Of a stretch of DNA of 64,000 nucleotides, positions 38,325 through 47,812 are shown in pieces. The translations under genes and the position numbers were made by a program. Source of the stretch: Flavobacteriales bacterium (GTDB taxonomy: Bacteria > Bacteroidota > Bacteroidia > Flavobacteriales > UBA7312). The first letter of the stretch is position 1; each line of letters starts with the position of its first letter. Under the pieces are notes generated by a model that was not told where the DNA came from, did not search any database, and worked only from the letters and a program-made list of their open reading frames with translations. The stretch covers positions 7,918 to 71,917 of the forward strand of contig CBFIDX010000004.1 of NCBI GenBank assembly GCA_965661505.1, given 5' to 3'.

Positions 38325-39465
38325 TTAAAACCTGAGTTATTAAAGATTTATATTTTTCGGCAATAGTTTGCCAATCATAATTGATAGCAAGCAATTTAGA
38401 GTTCTCTCCCCAATTTACAGATTTATTGCTTAGTAAACTAATAACTGCACTTGATAATTCGGAGGGAGTATTATTTATCCAATATCCTGCCTTGTACTCG
38501 TGTAGTATGCTCCATGGTGTTTCTTTGGATGCAACAACGGGTGTCCCGTTTACTAAAGACTCAAGAGCAACAATTCCAAAATTCTCTGTGTGAGATGGCA
38601 TAACTAAAACTTCTGAATGTTTTAAAAAAGACTCTTTTAAATTACCAGAGACCTGACCAACAAATAAAATCTTTTTTTCTAAATGATGTTTTTTTATTAG
38701 CAATTGTAGGTCCTTCTTCGCTCCTTCATCTTGGCCTGCTATCAATAATTTCATAGTTGGGAATTTTTTTAAGATAGAAGGGAAAGCCTTGATTATTAAA
38801 TCATATCCTTTCACAGGGTGTATGCGGCCCAAACAAGAAATATATTTAGTATCCTTTAAATTAAAAGTTTCAAACATCTTTGCTCTGTTTAGGTAAGAAA
38901 TAGTTCTGTTATTTATTATTGCTCCATCAGTAACAATTGCAACATTAGCTGTTGGGAAGAATCGTAAAATCTCATTTTTTTCTTTGAGAGAAGTAGCATG
39001 CCAAAAAATCCCTTTAATAAAAGGGTTGATTAATGTTTTAAGCCAAATATTTTTTAATGAACCATTCATTTTAAAAGACCATAATGCTAGACTTCCCCTT
39101 GGCGATAAAAGAACTTTCTTTTTTAAGATTTTTGAAAAAAGTAATGAGATTGGTGTTGGGTATGAAAAGATTGATTGAATATGAATTACATCTGACTTTT
39201 TAATGTCATTATAAATGCCAAAAATCAATTTTAACGAAAGTAAATTTAAAATATTTTCATGATAATATTTTACATGGAATTTATGTAACGGAATAAACTC
39301 ATTTGTTTTAACATTAAGTCTTTTTCTTCCGTTTGCATTTGTAGTCGAAACCCATATATCGATATTTAGAGTTGATGCATAAGTGGTTAAGTTATAAGAA
39401 GCAAATATAGAACCACCATAAATTAATGCGGGATAAAAAGAAGGAATTATAACGGCAACTCTCAT
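38317..39465 (-). CDS. GT4 (GT-B) glycosyltransferase
   Basis: 382 aa. The C-terminal region has the EX7E-type motif (PSHTENFGIVALESL..GTPVV). Confidence 0.75.
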   Translation of the reverse strand: MRVAVIIPSFYPALIYGGSIFASYNLTTYASTLNIDIWVSTTNANGRKRLNVKTNEFIPLHKFHVKYYHENILNLLSLKLIFGIYNDIKKSDVIHIQSIFSYPTPISLLFSKILKKKVLLSPRGSLALWSFKMNGSLKNIWLKTLINPFIKGIFWHATSLKEKNEILRFFPTANVAIVTDGAIINNRTISYLNRAKMFETFNLKDTKYISCLGRIHPVKGYDLIIKAFPSILKKFPTMKLLIAGQDEGAKKDLQLLIKKHHLEKKILFVGQVSGNLKESFLKHSEVLVMPSHTENFGIVALESLVNGTPVVASKETPWSILHEYKAGYWINNTPSELSSAVISLLSNKSVNWGENSKLLAINYDWQTIAEKYKSLITQVLND

Positions 39466-40187
39466 CCTTTGTAATGTTTTGATAAATATTTTTTAAAAAA
39501 AATATTTTGCGCTCCAAAGAGTAAGAAGGTAAACATTTTTTTATTTGTTTTTTGCACTAAATTTCTTTTATAAACCGTGTTGAAAGTATCAAAATAATTC
39601 CCAGGTAAGGACGAATATTGATGCAAATAGCCAAGTGTATTAGCTTTTGAAATTACTGACTTTGAAAAATACCCTCTAGGATAACAGATTGAATCAATGC
39701 TAGTTTTTAAAATTTCTTCAAGAATATTTTTAGAGGTTATCATCTCACTATCAATAACTTCATCATTTAAGAATGACAAGTTTTGATGTGTATGTGTATG
39801 TGAAGAAATTTTGATAAGACCTGTTTTATGTAGTGTGATTAATTCTTCTTTACTTAAGTAATTTTTCTTTCCTATTCGTGAAGTAATAACAAACAACTCA
39901 ATGAATATCTTATTTTTTAATATAAATGGCAAACAGTCATAAAGTCCTTTAAATCCATCATCAAATTGAATTTGCACTTGATTATGTGAATTTGTTATTT
40001 TCTTAACTATTTCAAATTTATTTTCATGTATTAAATCAATGTGTTGTTGAAAATCTTTTAATGAAGTTGACATACTGCTATATGCCTTTTTGTTATGCAC
40101 ATCATGATAGAACAAAATTTTACTTTTTCTATTTGAGTAAAAAAAGGATGAAAAAAAGAAAATTAAAATTTTAACCGTATTTCTCAT
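39462..40187 (-). CDS. Polysaccharide deacetylase (NodB homology domain)
   Basis: 241 aa. NodB motifs appear in order: FDDGF, SHTHTH, CYPRGY. Confidence 0.7.
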   Translation of the reverse strand: MRNTVKILIFFFSSFFYSNRKSKILFYHDVHNKKAYSSMSTSLKDFQQHIDLIHENKFEIVKKITNSHNQVQIQFDDGFKGLYDCLPFILKNKIFIELFVITSRIGKKNYLSKEELITLHKTGLIKISSHTHTHQNLSFLNDEVIDSEMITSKNILEEILKTSIDSICYPRGYFSKSVISKANTLGYLHQYSSLPGNYFDTFNTVYKRNLVQKTNKKMFTFLLFGAQNIFFKKYLSKHYKG

Positions 40188-41250
40188 TAGTATTCTTTTT
40201 TAAAGCATCTATTATTTTTTCATAGTAAAGGTTATAATTCCAATAATCATTTAGCAATAAATATGCGTTTTTACTAAACATTTCGTAAGTATTTTGTTCT
40301 CTCAATTTAGTTAAGTGATTAATAAAGTCTTCTGGCTTTTCGTAGTCAAAAACAAAGCCTGTCTCTCTGTTAACAATCAAATCATCAATTGCTCCAACAT
40401 TTTTGTTTGCCATTACGGGCAAACCGGATGCCATGGCTTCATTTATAACCAATCCCCACTGTTCTTTATAAGAAGGCAGTACTAAAGCACTTGCTTTTTT
40501 GTATTCATTAATTAAATCATCATTAAACTTCTTCCCTACAAAACGAACATTTGATAGGTGTGCATACTTTTTTTGCAAATCGTTTTTTAATGGTCCATCT
40601 CCAACGAGTCTAAGTATAATCGTAGAGTCATTCTGTAAAAATTTTTCAAAATTTATAAGTAAAAATTCAATGTTCTTTAAGGACACAAAACGACCAACAA
40701 ATAATAGTACAAAAGGGATTTTATATTTTCTTGGATACCCTTTGAATTTTTTTATGTTTGATACCATTGGTACAAAGTAAATTCTATCATCGGACATACC
40801 ATAGAATTTAAAATGATCTTTATGTTTATGCTCTCCCCCTGATAAACCAAAAACGTATTTTTTTGTGAAAAGATAATTTAGGACACTTTTTTTAACTAAT
40901 CGCTTCACTCGATTTTTTGGGATTTTCAGTGTGGTGTCAGATTCGAGGAAGAATAATCGTTTTTTAGAAGAAAATAACTGAAAAAACCATAATACCCAGA
41001 AATCTAATCTGTTATAACCATTAAAAATTATTTTTTCATGGTTTTTAAAATCACTATGGAGTATTCTGATTCGTTTAACAAAACTTATTTCAGATAAAAA
41101 TAGAGAGTCAACTGGATTATTAGCATGTTTTGTTTGCTTTTGAAGGTATCGGTACTTAATGAATAATCTTTCATGTACAGATTTGACTAATTCCTGAGTA
41201 TATGAAGCAGGCTCAGTAAGGTAAGCAACGGTATTATTGAACTTCTTCAT
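40171..41250 (-). CDS. GT4 (GT-B) glycosyltransferase
   Basis: 359 aa with PSYKEQWGLVINEAMASGLPV, an EX7E-type motif. Confidence 0.75.
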   Translation of the reverse strand: MKKFNNTVAYLTEPASYTQELVKSVHERLFIKYRYLQKQTKHANNPVDSLFLSEISFVKRIRILHSDFKNHEKIIFNGYNRLDFWVLWFFQLFSSKKRLFFLESDTTLKIPKNRVKRLVKKSVLNYLFTKKYVFGLSGGEHKHKDHFKFYGMSDDRIYFVPMVSNIKKFKGYPRKYKIPFVLLFVGRFVSLKNIEFLLINFEKFLQNDSTIILRLVGDGPLKNDLQKKYAHLSNVRFVGKKFNDDLINEYKKASALVLPSYKEQWGLVINEAMASGLPVMANKNVGAIDDLIVNRETGFVFDYEKPEDFINHLTKLREQNTYEMFSKNAYLLLNDYWNYNLYYEKIIDALKKNTNEKYG

Positions 41251-42373
41251 TAGCGTAAATTTCTTTTAACCCATAAGCCATGCAAAACCAAAAAAATGCT
41301 GTTAGAAAATAATTCACCCCAGTAAAAGCGGTCTCAAAAAAAGCATTAAAATAGGTGTATAACAAAGCAAAGACTATAAATTGATTTTTTTTCTCTGCTA
41401 ATCTATCTGATAAAAAAGCATAGATTTTGTAGGTGTATGAAAAGAGTAAAACAAAAATAGGAAGTGAAAAAAATATTCCATACTGAACCATTATTGCAAG
41501 ATAACCATTATGAGCTCCTATATCAATATTTTGATGAACGCTCTTAATAAGACTTGGATTTATGTACGCATAATTATAGAGTCCATTGCCAAATAAAAAT
41601 TGATTCTTAAACGTTTCATAAGCATACAAAAATTCTAATTTTCTATTTTCAAAAATTAATTTCCCATCTAAAATTCTACTTATTGCATTTAACTCAGGAA
41701 GAAAAGGTGTGACAGCAATTAGTATCGTGGTTGTTATAATTAGAACTGCAAAAAGCCTTCGTGAGAGTTTGTATTTTAAAAAAACAGGTATCAAAAGGGC
41801 TAAAGTAGCTGCCCTAGAGCCGGAAATAGTGATTAGGAAAATGAGTAAAAGCAACAAGGGAGCTTTATAAAAATGCTGTTGGAAATAAAAAAGAATATAG
41901 GAGAAGCTGAAAACTAATAATATAGAAAACTCGTTTGGATTTAAAAAAATTCCAGAATACCTTCCATCTAATGAAATTGGCTCAATAAAAAAACCAAGGG
42001 CAACTAGTAACAATATGAATTTATTCAGAAAAGGTAAAAACTTATTCTCGAAAAAATCTGAACTAATGAATACCGCAGATGAAAACAGGGTTAACATTAA
42101 AAACCTAACAGAAAGGTAATTAAGTGAGTCTATTTTATTTATATCAAACAACAGAAAGTAGAGAAGGTTAATTAAATTGAGTATTAGAAAGAACTTAAAT
42201 TGTTTGTGAAGTATGACGCTTTTTATAATATCCTTGTTTAAAACGACTAAAACAAGGCCTGAAAACATAAGTGCATAAAAAATATATTCCGAAAAAAGTA
42301 CACCAAAATATGTTGGGTATAATATTGTATTAACCACAAACAAATACCCACCATATTGCGCGAACCACCTCAT
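41234..42373 (-). CDS. wzy: O-antigen polymerase/ligase family membrane protein (Wzy-like)
   Basis: 379 aa with about 10 TM segments and a large loop region, located beside wzx. Its ATG shares 1 nt with the wzx stop (TAATG). Confidence 0.65.
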   Translation of the reverse strand: MRWFAQYGGYLFVVNTILYPTYFGVLFSEYIFYALMFSGLVLVVLNKDIIKSVILHKQFKFFLILNLINLLYFLLFDINKIDSLNYLSVRFLMLTLFSSAVFISSDFFENKFLPFLNKFILLLVALGFFIEPISLDGRYSGIFLNPNEFSILLVFSFSYILFYFQQHFYKAPLLLLLIFLITISGSRAATLALLIPVFLKYKLSRRLFAVLIITTTILIAVTPFLPELNAISRILDGKLIFENRKLEFLYAYETFKNQFLFGNGLYNYAYINPSLIKSVHQNIDIGAHNGYLAIMVQYGIFFSLPIFVLLFSYTYKIYAFLSDRLAEKKNQFIVFALLYTYFNAFFETAFTGVNYFLTAFFWFCMAYGLKEIYANEEVQ

Positions 42374-43872
42374 TACTTTTTAGTAAAAATTCGTTGAAAA
42401 ACAGATTTATCCTCAGGACTAAAACAAAGTATTCTAGAAAATGTTAGAGTAACTACAACTGCAATCATAAAATTTAGAAAGAAAGAAATAAAAGTTACTT
42501 CTTTGGCAATGAAATGATAAATGAAATAACTAAGCAGGTAACTAATGATTAACGTTGTGAAAATTCTTACTGTTTCTTTTTTGTAAGGAACTAATTTATA
42601 AGCTTTATAAACAATGGAGTAATTAAATAAATTTGACAAAAGAACTCCCATACTAGAAGAAATTGCAGCTCCTATAATGCCGTATTTGGGTATTAAAACA
42701 AACATAAGTACTAAAACAATCAATGTTTGTAAAAAATAAATCTTTAGCACTTTAACATGTTTACCAGTCATCTGCAAAATAATTCCAATTGAGCCAAAAC
42801 CAACACTTATCATCTGTCCAATAATTAGAACCGCCAATGCGGAGCTTCCCACAACGAAATCTTTTCCAAAAAACAGAAGCACCTCATTCCTAAAAGACAT
42901 TAAAAAAATAAATAGCGGAGTGGTAAGTAAAAGAGTCCATTTCGTGAAAAACTGATACAGTTCATCAAGTTTTTTTAGTTCGCCATTTGAAAATATCTCA
43001 CTTATTATTGGAGCAAAAATGCTATTTACAGAATACAAAATCATTCCAATAAATGGTGTAAATAAAAGAGTCATTGTGTAAACGCCTAAATCGTTAATTG
43101 ACAACTTCGCTAGAAGTATTTTATCCATGTTTCCAGAAAGAATAGCTAAGATTGCCAGAAGTAGCATTGATAAAGTGTAAGATCTAAATTCTTTATTGAT
43201 GAATGTTGTTTTCGGAAAAGAGAGGATTCCTTTTGTGGGTATCTTAGTAACGACGAGGTACAAAAAAATAATAGATGTTATAAAAATTGCTATTGTTTCT
43301 CCGAATATATACCCTTTTAAATCATAACCTAAATAAAGAAGAGCTAACACAAGAGTAAATTTTAAGCCTAAATTGAAAAACACACCAAAAGAAACGTTTG
43401 TTTTTACCTCTTTAACGGCTACAATAATAGATTGAAAAACATCAAGTAAATTCCTGGAAACCATTAAAATAAGAAACCAAATTAAAAATTTCTTTAAATC
43501 AGAAGTTTGTGTATCGAATGAAAAAGCAGATATGATATAGTCTTGATAAACCCATAACAAAAAAGCTAGTATAAGGCTAGTGAAAAGGGAAACGAGGACA
43601 CTGGTCTTAATAAAGTCTGTAGTGTGTGAATGGTTATTTTGCGTTTTCCATAAAGGAATAAATCGATTTGCAGCCTTTGAAAATCCTAATGAAGTAAATG
43701 AAGTAGTTATGGAAATAAAAGAAATTACAAGTCCTAATAGTCCCAGAGCATAGGTAGGATCTTCTAGTTTATCTACTAGATAAAATTTATAAAGAACACC
43801 AAACACAATAGCAAATAGTCTTCCAGAGAACGAGAAGAAAGATTGATTTATGATGTTTATTATATGTTTCAT
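42373..43872 (-). CDS. wzx: Polysaccharide flippase (Wzx/MOP superfamily)
   Basis: 499 aa, a polytopic membrane protein with about 12-14 TM segments of the polysaccharide-biosynthesis type. Confidence 0.8.
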   Translation of the reverse strand: MKHIINIINQSFFSFSGRLFAIVFGVLYKFYLVDKLEDPTYALGLLGLVISFISITTSFTSLGFSKAANRFIPLWKTQNNHSHTTDFIKTSVLVSLFTSLILAFLLWVYQDYIISAFSFDTQTSDLKKFLIWFLILMVSRNLLDVFQSIIVAVKEVKTNVSFGVFFNLGLKFTLVLALLYLGYDLKGYIFGETIAIFITSIIFLYLVVTKIPTKGILSFPKTTFINKEFRSYTLSMLLLAILAILSGNMDKILLAKLSINDLGVYTMTLLFTPFIGMILYSVNSIFAPIISEIFSNGELKKLDELYQFFTKWTLLLTTPLFIFLMSFRNEVLLFFGKDFVVGSSALAVLIIGQMISVGFGSIGIILQMTGKHVKVLKIYFLQTLIVLVLMFVLIPKYGIIGAAISSSMGVLLSNLFNYSIVYKAYKLVPYKKETVRIFTTLIISYLLSYFIYHFIAKEVTFISFFLNFMIAVVVTLTFSRILCFSPEDKSVFQRIFTKK

Positions 43873-43886
43873 CTTCAGAACTACAA

Positions 43887-44576
43887 TTAAGAAAATTTAT
43901 AATTGAAAAGTTCAATGTCTTTGCGATATATTTCTTGCACCTTTTCTTTCATAGCCTCAGAATAATGATTTATATATTCCTTACTTTCGGTTGTTTTATT
44001 AATATGAGGAAGATCAATTTTTCTATTGAAATAGCTGCTTAACTCAATATTTCCGGCTGCAATATCTTCAAATTTTATAAACTGATTAATAAGCAATTTA
44101 CCTTCTTCAGAACACAAAAAATGATGCTGAGGAAAAAAGTGAATAATATCCCACATGGTGTTTTCATTAAGCCATATCAAAACAAACTCTTCAAATGAAG
44201 ATATGTGTTTTAAGTGTTGTTCTCTTGCATTCATATCGTGCTCATTAAGTCCGTTATTTTGTAAAAAACGATATGCGGAATAAAGTCTATCCCAAGGATT
44301 TCTGACTACTGTAAATTTATAAAATTGATCAAAATGACTAAAAACTTTTTGGTACTGAATAATTCTTTTATGACCATATAGTTCTACCTTATCCCCATAT
44401 ACAGCATATAAAAGTGAAAGGCCAGCTGTTTTGGGAACATGAACAAATATACTTTTCGTTTTTTGAAAAGTATAAACTAGCGAATTGGGGTTCTTCAATT
44501 CTTTTTTAATGTCATGGATAGCCAATTTATCCTTCAGAATTTTTTTGTATTTCTTAATCCAGTTTTTCAATTTCAA
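43887..44576 (-). CDS. Sulfotransferase family 2 protein
   Basis: 229 aa. It has a 5'-PSB loop (IFVHVPKTAGLSL) and a 3'-PB motif (VVRNPWDRLYSAY), both typical of PAPS-dependent carbohydrate sulfotransferases. Confidence 0.75.
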   Translation of the reverse strand: MKLKNWIKKYKKILKDKLAIHDIKKELKNPNSLVYTFQKTKSIFVHVPKTAGLSLLYAVYGDKVELYGHKRIIQYQKVFSHFDQFYKFTVVRNPWDRLYSAYRFLQNNGLNEHDMNAREQHLKHISSFEEFVLIWLNENTMWDIIHFFPQHHFLCSEEGKLLINQFIKFEDIAAGNIELSSYFNRKIDLPHINKTTESKEYINHYSEAMKEKVQEIYRKDIELFNYKFS

Positions 44577-45705
44577 GCATGAATTTTTTTATGGTATGAT
44601 CAATTTTCAATTCTTCATTAAAAGCACATAAAAACTTATGATTCATAAAGTATTTTATTTTTTCAGCAAGCTCTTTTTCATCTCTTTCATTTATTAACAT
44701 ATGATGTTTCAGCTTTTCAGGAACAAGTTCTTCAATACCTTGATTTTTGACACCAATAAATGGTGTATTAGTAGCCCAAGATTCAAGGTAAACACAACCT
44801 AATGCTTCGTTAAAAGAAGGAAGAACAAAAAGATCTAATTGATTGTAAAATAAGTTTAAATCAGTGTGTTTTAACTCTTCTTTGAAATCGAAATGTTTTT
44901 CTAGTTGATGTTTTTTTATGTAACTAACACAATTGTATTTTTCTTTTCCAGTACCAACAAATTTCACTTCTATTTTCAAACCATTTAAAAGTAAAATTTC
45001 TACAGCTTTAATTAACGTTATTTGATCTTTTAATTTCCAAAAATTGGCCACACAACCAATTGTAAACACCTTATTTAAAGGCTTCTTTGTAAGAGGATAG
45101 AACTTTGTAGTATCTACACCATTGTATAGAATAGTTGTTTTTATTTTATTCTTTTTGAAAAAACTTTTCAGCTTGATAATCACAGCCTCACTTACACCAA
45201 TGTTTAAATTGTGATAGCTAAGTACTTTTCTATTCCTCTTTATAATGATTCGGTTCTGAACTTTTTCTTTGAGTTGTAAAAATCTTCCTAGTTTTAGTTG
45301 AAATGGATCCAATCCATGATGTTGAACAAATGCTTTTAACTTATATTTTTTCTTCAGAAATGCGGAAAAATATGCTGCAGGGTAAGTAACGTGTGCATGA
45401 ACAATATCGCCTTTTTTTAAAATGATTTTATTCTTCTTTAAGAAAAAATCTAAACGAAAATTATTGATTGAGCTAAAAATACCCGGAAGAATAAAGGAAG
45501 GTAAATCCCAAACACGAAAAGGATAGCATTCTATCCCTTGAAATATGTATGGTGTTTTTTTTATGACGTAACAACTTGTAATCAATATCACTTTGACTTG
45601 ATAATCATGATTTTGTTGTATGGTATTTAATTGATCAAATACGTAACTTCCTCGAAAGTTTGTTTTCGATGGAAAAAAAGGAGTTATGGCTAAATATGTC
45701 TTCAT
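44554..45705 (-). CDS. GT4 (GT-B) glycosyltransferase
   Basis: I prefer ATG 45705 (MKTYLAITPFFP). It forms an ATGA overlap with the galE stop. The C-terminal motif is PSFNEALGCVYLESWATNTPFI. Confidence 0.75.
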   Translation of the reverse strand: MKTYLAITPFFPSKTNFRGSYVFDQLNTIQQNHDYQVKVILITSCYVIKKTPYIFQGIECYPFRVWDLPSFILPGIFSSINNFRLDFFLKKNKIILKKGDIVHAHVTYPAAYFSAFLKKKYKLKAFVQHHGLDPFQLKLGRFLQLKEKVQNRIIIKRNRKVLSYHNLNIGVSEAVIIKLKSFFKKNKIKTTILYNGVDTTKFYPLTKKPLNKVFTIGCVANFWKLKDQITLIKAVEILLLNGLKIEVKFVGTGKEKYNCVSYIKKHQLEKHFDFKEELKHTDLNLFYNQLDLFVLPSFNEALGCVYLESWATNTPFIGVKNQGIEELVPEKLKHHMLINERDEKELAEKIKYFMNHKFLCAFNEELKIDHTIKKFMLEIEKLD

Positions 45706-46694
45706 TTTTTCAACTCCCAATTCCAGGCGTCTTTCATCGCTTTCTCTATGGTTATTTTCGCATCCCAATTCAGTTCCCTTTTAGCTAAGGTGCTATCTGC
45801 ATATATCTGTTCAATATCTCCGTCTCTTCTAGAAGTAATTTCATACTTAATATTTAGATTATTTGCATTATTAAATGCATTAATTACCTCTAAGACACTA
45901 TGCCCTCTACCGGTTCCTATATTAAAAATGTGTTTTCCATTATTTTCATGTAAATACTTTAATGCTTTAATGTGAGATTTTGCTAAATCTGTTACATGAA
46001 TATAATCTCTTATACAGCTTCCGTCAGGTGTGTTGTAATCACCACCATAAACGTTGAGTTTTTCATATTTTCCTATGGCAACACTTGTTAGGATAGGGAT
46101 GAGATTTGAAGGTTGATCTTTAGACCTATCTCCTATTAGTCCAGAATAGTGTGATCCAATAGGATTGAAATACCTGAGAGAAACACTATTGATAGAATGG
46201 TTAGCCAATATGTGTTCACATGTTTGTTTTGTTTCTGCATAGGGCGATTGAGCTTTGCCAAAAGGAATCTTTTCAGAAACGGGTTGATTGTTAGTTTCAC
46301 CGTAAACTGTACACGATGATGAAAAAATAAATTTTTTCACATTATATCGCACGCAAAGATTCAACATTACTTGTAATGATCCAATGTTATTTTCCTTATA
46401 TTTAATTGGGTTTTTTACAGATTCTTCAACGGATTTAAATGCAGCAAAGTGAATAACCGACACAATATTTTTTTCGATTTCAAAAACTTCTTTCACTTGT
46501 TCTTCTTGTGTACAATCAATATTGAAAACTTTTAATTTTCTATTCAATATATTTTCAGCTCCCAGGATATTTTTAATTGATGAATTTGAGAAGTTATCAA
46601 TAATTATCGGTTCGTAATTGTTTTCAACCAAATCGACTATTGTATGGATTCCTATGTAACCTGCTCCCCCAGTAACAATCACTTTATTTTTCAT
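45702..46694 (-). CDS. galE: UDP-glucose 4-epimerase
   Basis: I prefer ATG 46694 (MKNKVIVTGGAGYIG). The catalytic SPYAETK (YxxxK) and RYFNPIG motifs are present. There is an ATGA overlap with the upstream gene stop. Confidence 0.88.
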   Translation of the reverse strand: MKNKVIVTGGAGYIGIHTIVDLVENNYEPIIIDNFSNSSIKNILGAENILNRKLKVFNIDCTQEEQVKEVFEIEKNIVSVIHFAAFKSVEESVKNPIKYKENNIGSLQVMLNLCVRYNVKKFIFSSSCTVYGETNNQPVSEKIPFGKAQSPYAETKQTCEHILANHSINSVSLRYFNPIGSHYSGLIGDRSKDQPSNLIPILTSVAIGKYEKLNVYGGDYNTPDGSCIRDYIHVTDLAKSHIKALKYLHENNGKHIFNIGTGRGHSVLEVINAFNNANNLNIKYEITSRRDGDIEQIYADSTLAKRELNWDAKITIEKAMKDAWNWELKK

Positions 46695-47812
46695 TTCAGT
46701 ATATTTAGAAAGTTTGAATGATTGTATTCTTGGTAATACTGCTGATACCAAAACATTACTTTAGAGGATGTTTCATCATAATTTAAACTTACTAAATTCT
46801 TAACTTCAGCGTCGATTGGGTAGTTGTATTCATCTTTGAAAACAGTATGTTTTTTTGAATAAAAGATAGTTGGAACACCATGTAAGGCTGCATCAAAAAC
46901 AACGGTCGAGTATGCTGTAATATTAACACTACACAAGTCAAAGCATTCTTCTAAGTTATTGGGTGCTTTCTGTACAAAATCAAAATCCTTGACAAAGGAT
47001 AAATCAACTTCTTCTTTATATCTAGGGTGATTTTTGTAGTAAACTTGAATGGATGAACTTTTAAGAGCTTCAATCTGCCTAAGGACATTCACTATGTTTA
47101 AATAAAGTGTTTTGTTTTCTTCTTTTGAATGATCGTCGGTAAACTGCAGACTCAAAAGAATGTTTCCATTAAATTTTGAGTGTTTTTTGACGGGGGATGC
47201 TTCACTATTCCCAAGCACTTTAGTGTTGCTATAGTATATATTTACATTCTCTAAAATTTCTTTAAAGCCAAGGCCGTAAACAATAGGTAATACTTTATTT
47301 TTAATTAAATAAGTTGTTTCTGTTTTGTAAGCCTCATGATTTGAATGAATAATACCATGTTGTAAATCAAAAATTTTCGCATCAGGATACATTCCTCTAA
47401 AAACACTTACCATACTCTGTGATAAAACGATGATATTTTTTGGTTTTATTCCACAATATGGCCGTAAATATTTACCGATCAATCTATCCTTATTTATGAT
47501 TTCTTTGGATTTTATCAGTTTCCTAGCTACTACTACAAGTAATACAAAAAAGTCGGCTCGTTTGCCTTTTAAATTAAAGTCACACTTTTTGGCATAATCA
47601 ACTTCTTCCACAAATAAGTATGAAATATTTTTTTCATCACATGTTTTGAATAAGGTGTTGAACAAGTGTGAATTGTTACGGTTGAAATAAACAGGAGCAT
47701 AGAACAATATATCAATGTTTCTTTTGCGATTAAAAAATTTGAAATAGTGCTGGAAAGAGGTGTAAAGTGACCTGATATAGAATGGTTGTAGGAGTCTAAA
47801 AATCAGCTTCAT
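46691..47812 (-). CDS. Putative TagF-like CDP-alditol phosphotransferase family protein (GT-B)
   Basis: 373 aa. The C-terminal half resembles the Glyphos_transf pattern: YYKNHPRY (K.HP) followed by VNITAYSTVVFDAALHGVPTIFY (ITDYSS..FD....P.I.Y). Confidence 0.45.
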   Translation of the reverse strand: MKLIFRLLQPFYIRSLYTSFQHYFKFFNRKRNIDILFYAPVYFNRNNSHLFNTLFKTCDEKNISYLFVEEVDYAKKCDFNLKGKRADFFVLLVVVARKLIKSKEIINKDRLIGKYLRPYCGIKPKNIIVLSQSMVSVFRGMYPDAKIFDLQHGIIHSNHEAYKTETTYLIKNKVLPIVYGLGFKEILENVNIYYSNTKVLGNSEASPVKKHSKFNGNILLSLQFTDDHSKEENKTLYLNIVNVLRQIEALKSSSIQVYYKNHPRYKEEVDLSFVKDFDFVQKAPNNLEECFDLCSVNITAYSTVVFDAALHGVPTIFYSKKHTVFKDEYNYPIDAEVKNLVSLNYDETSSKVMFWYQQYYQEYNHSNFLNILK

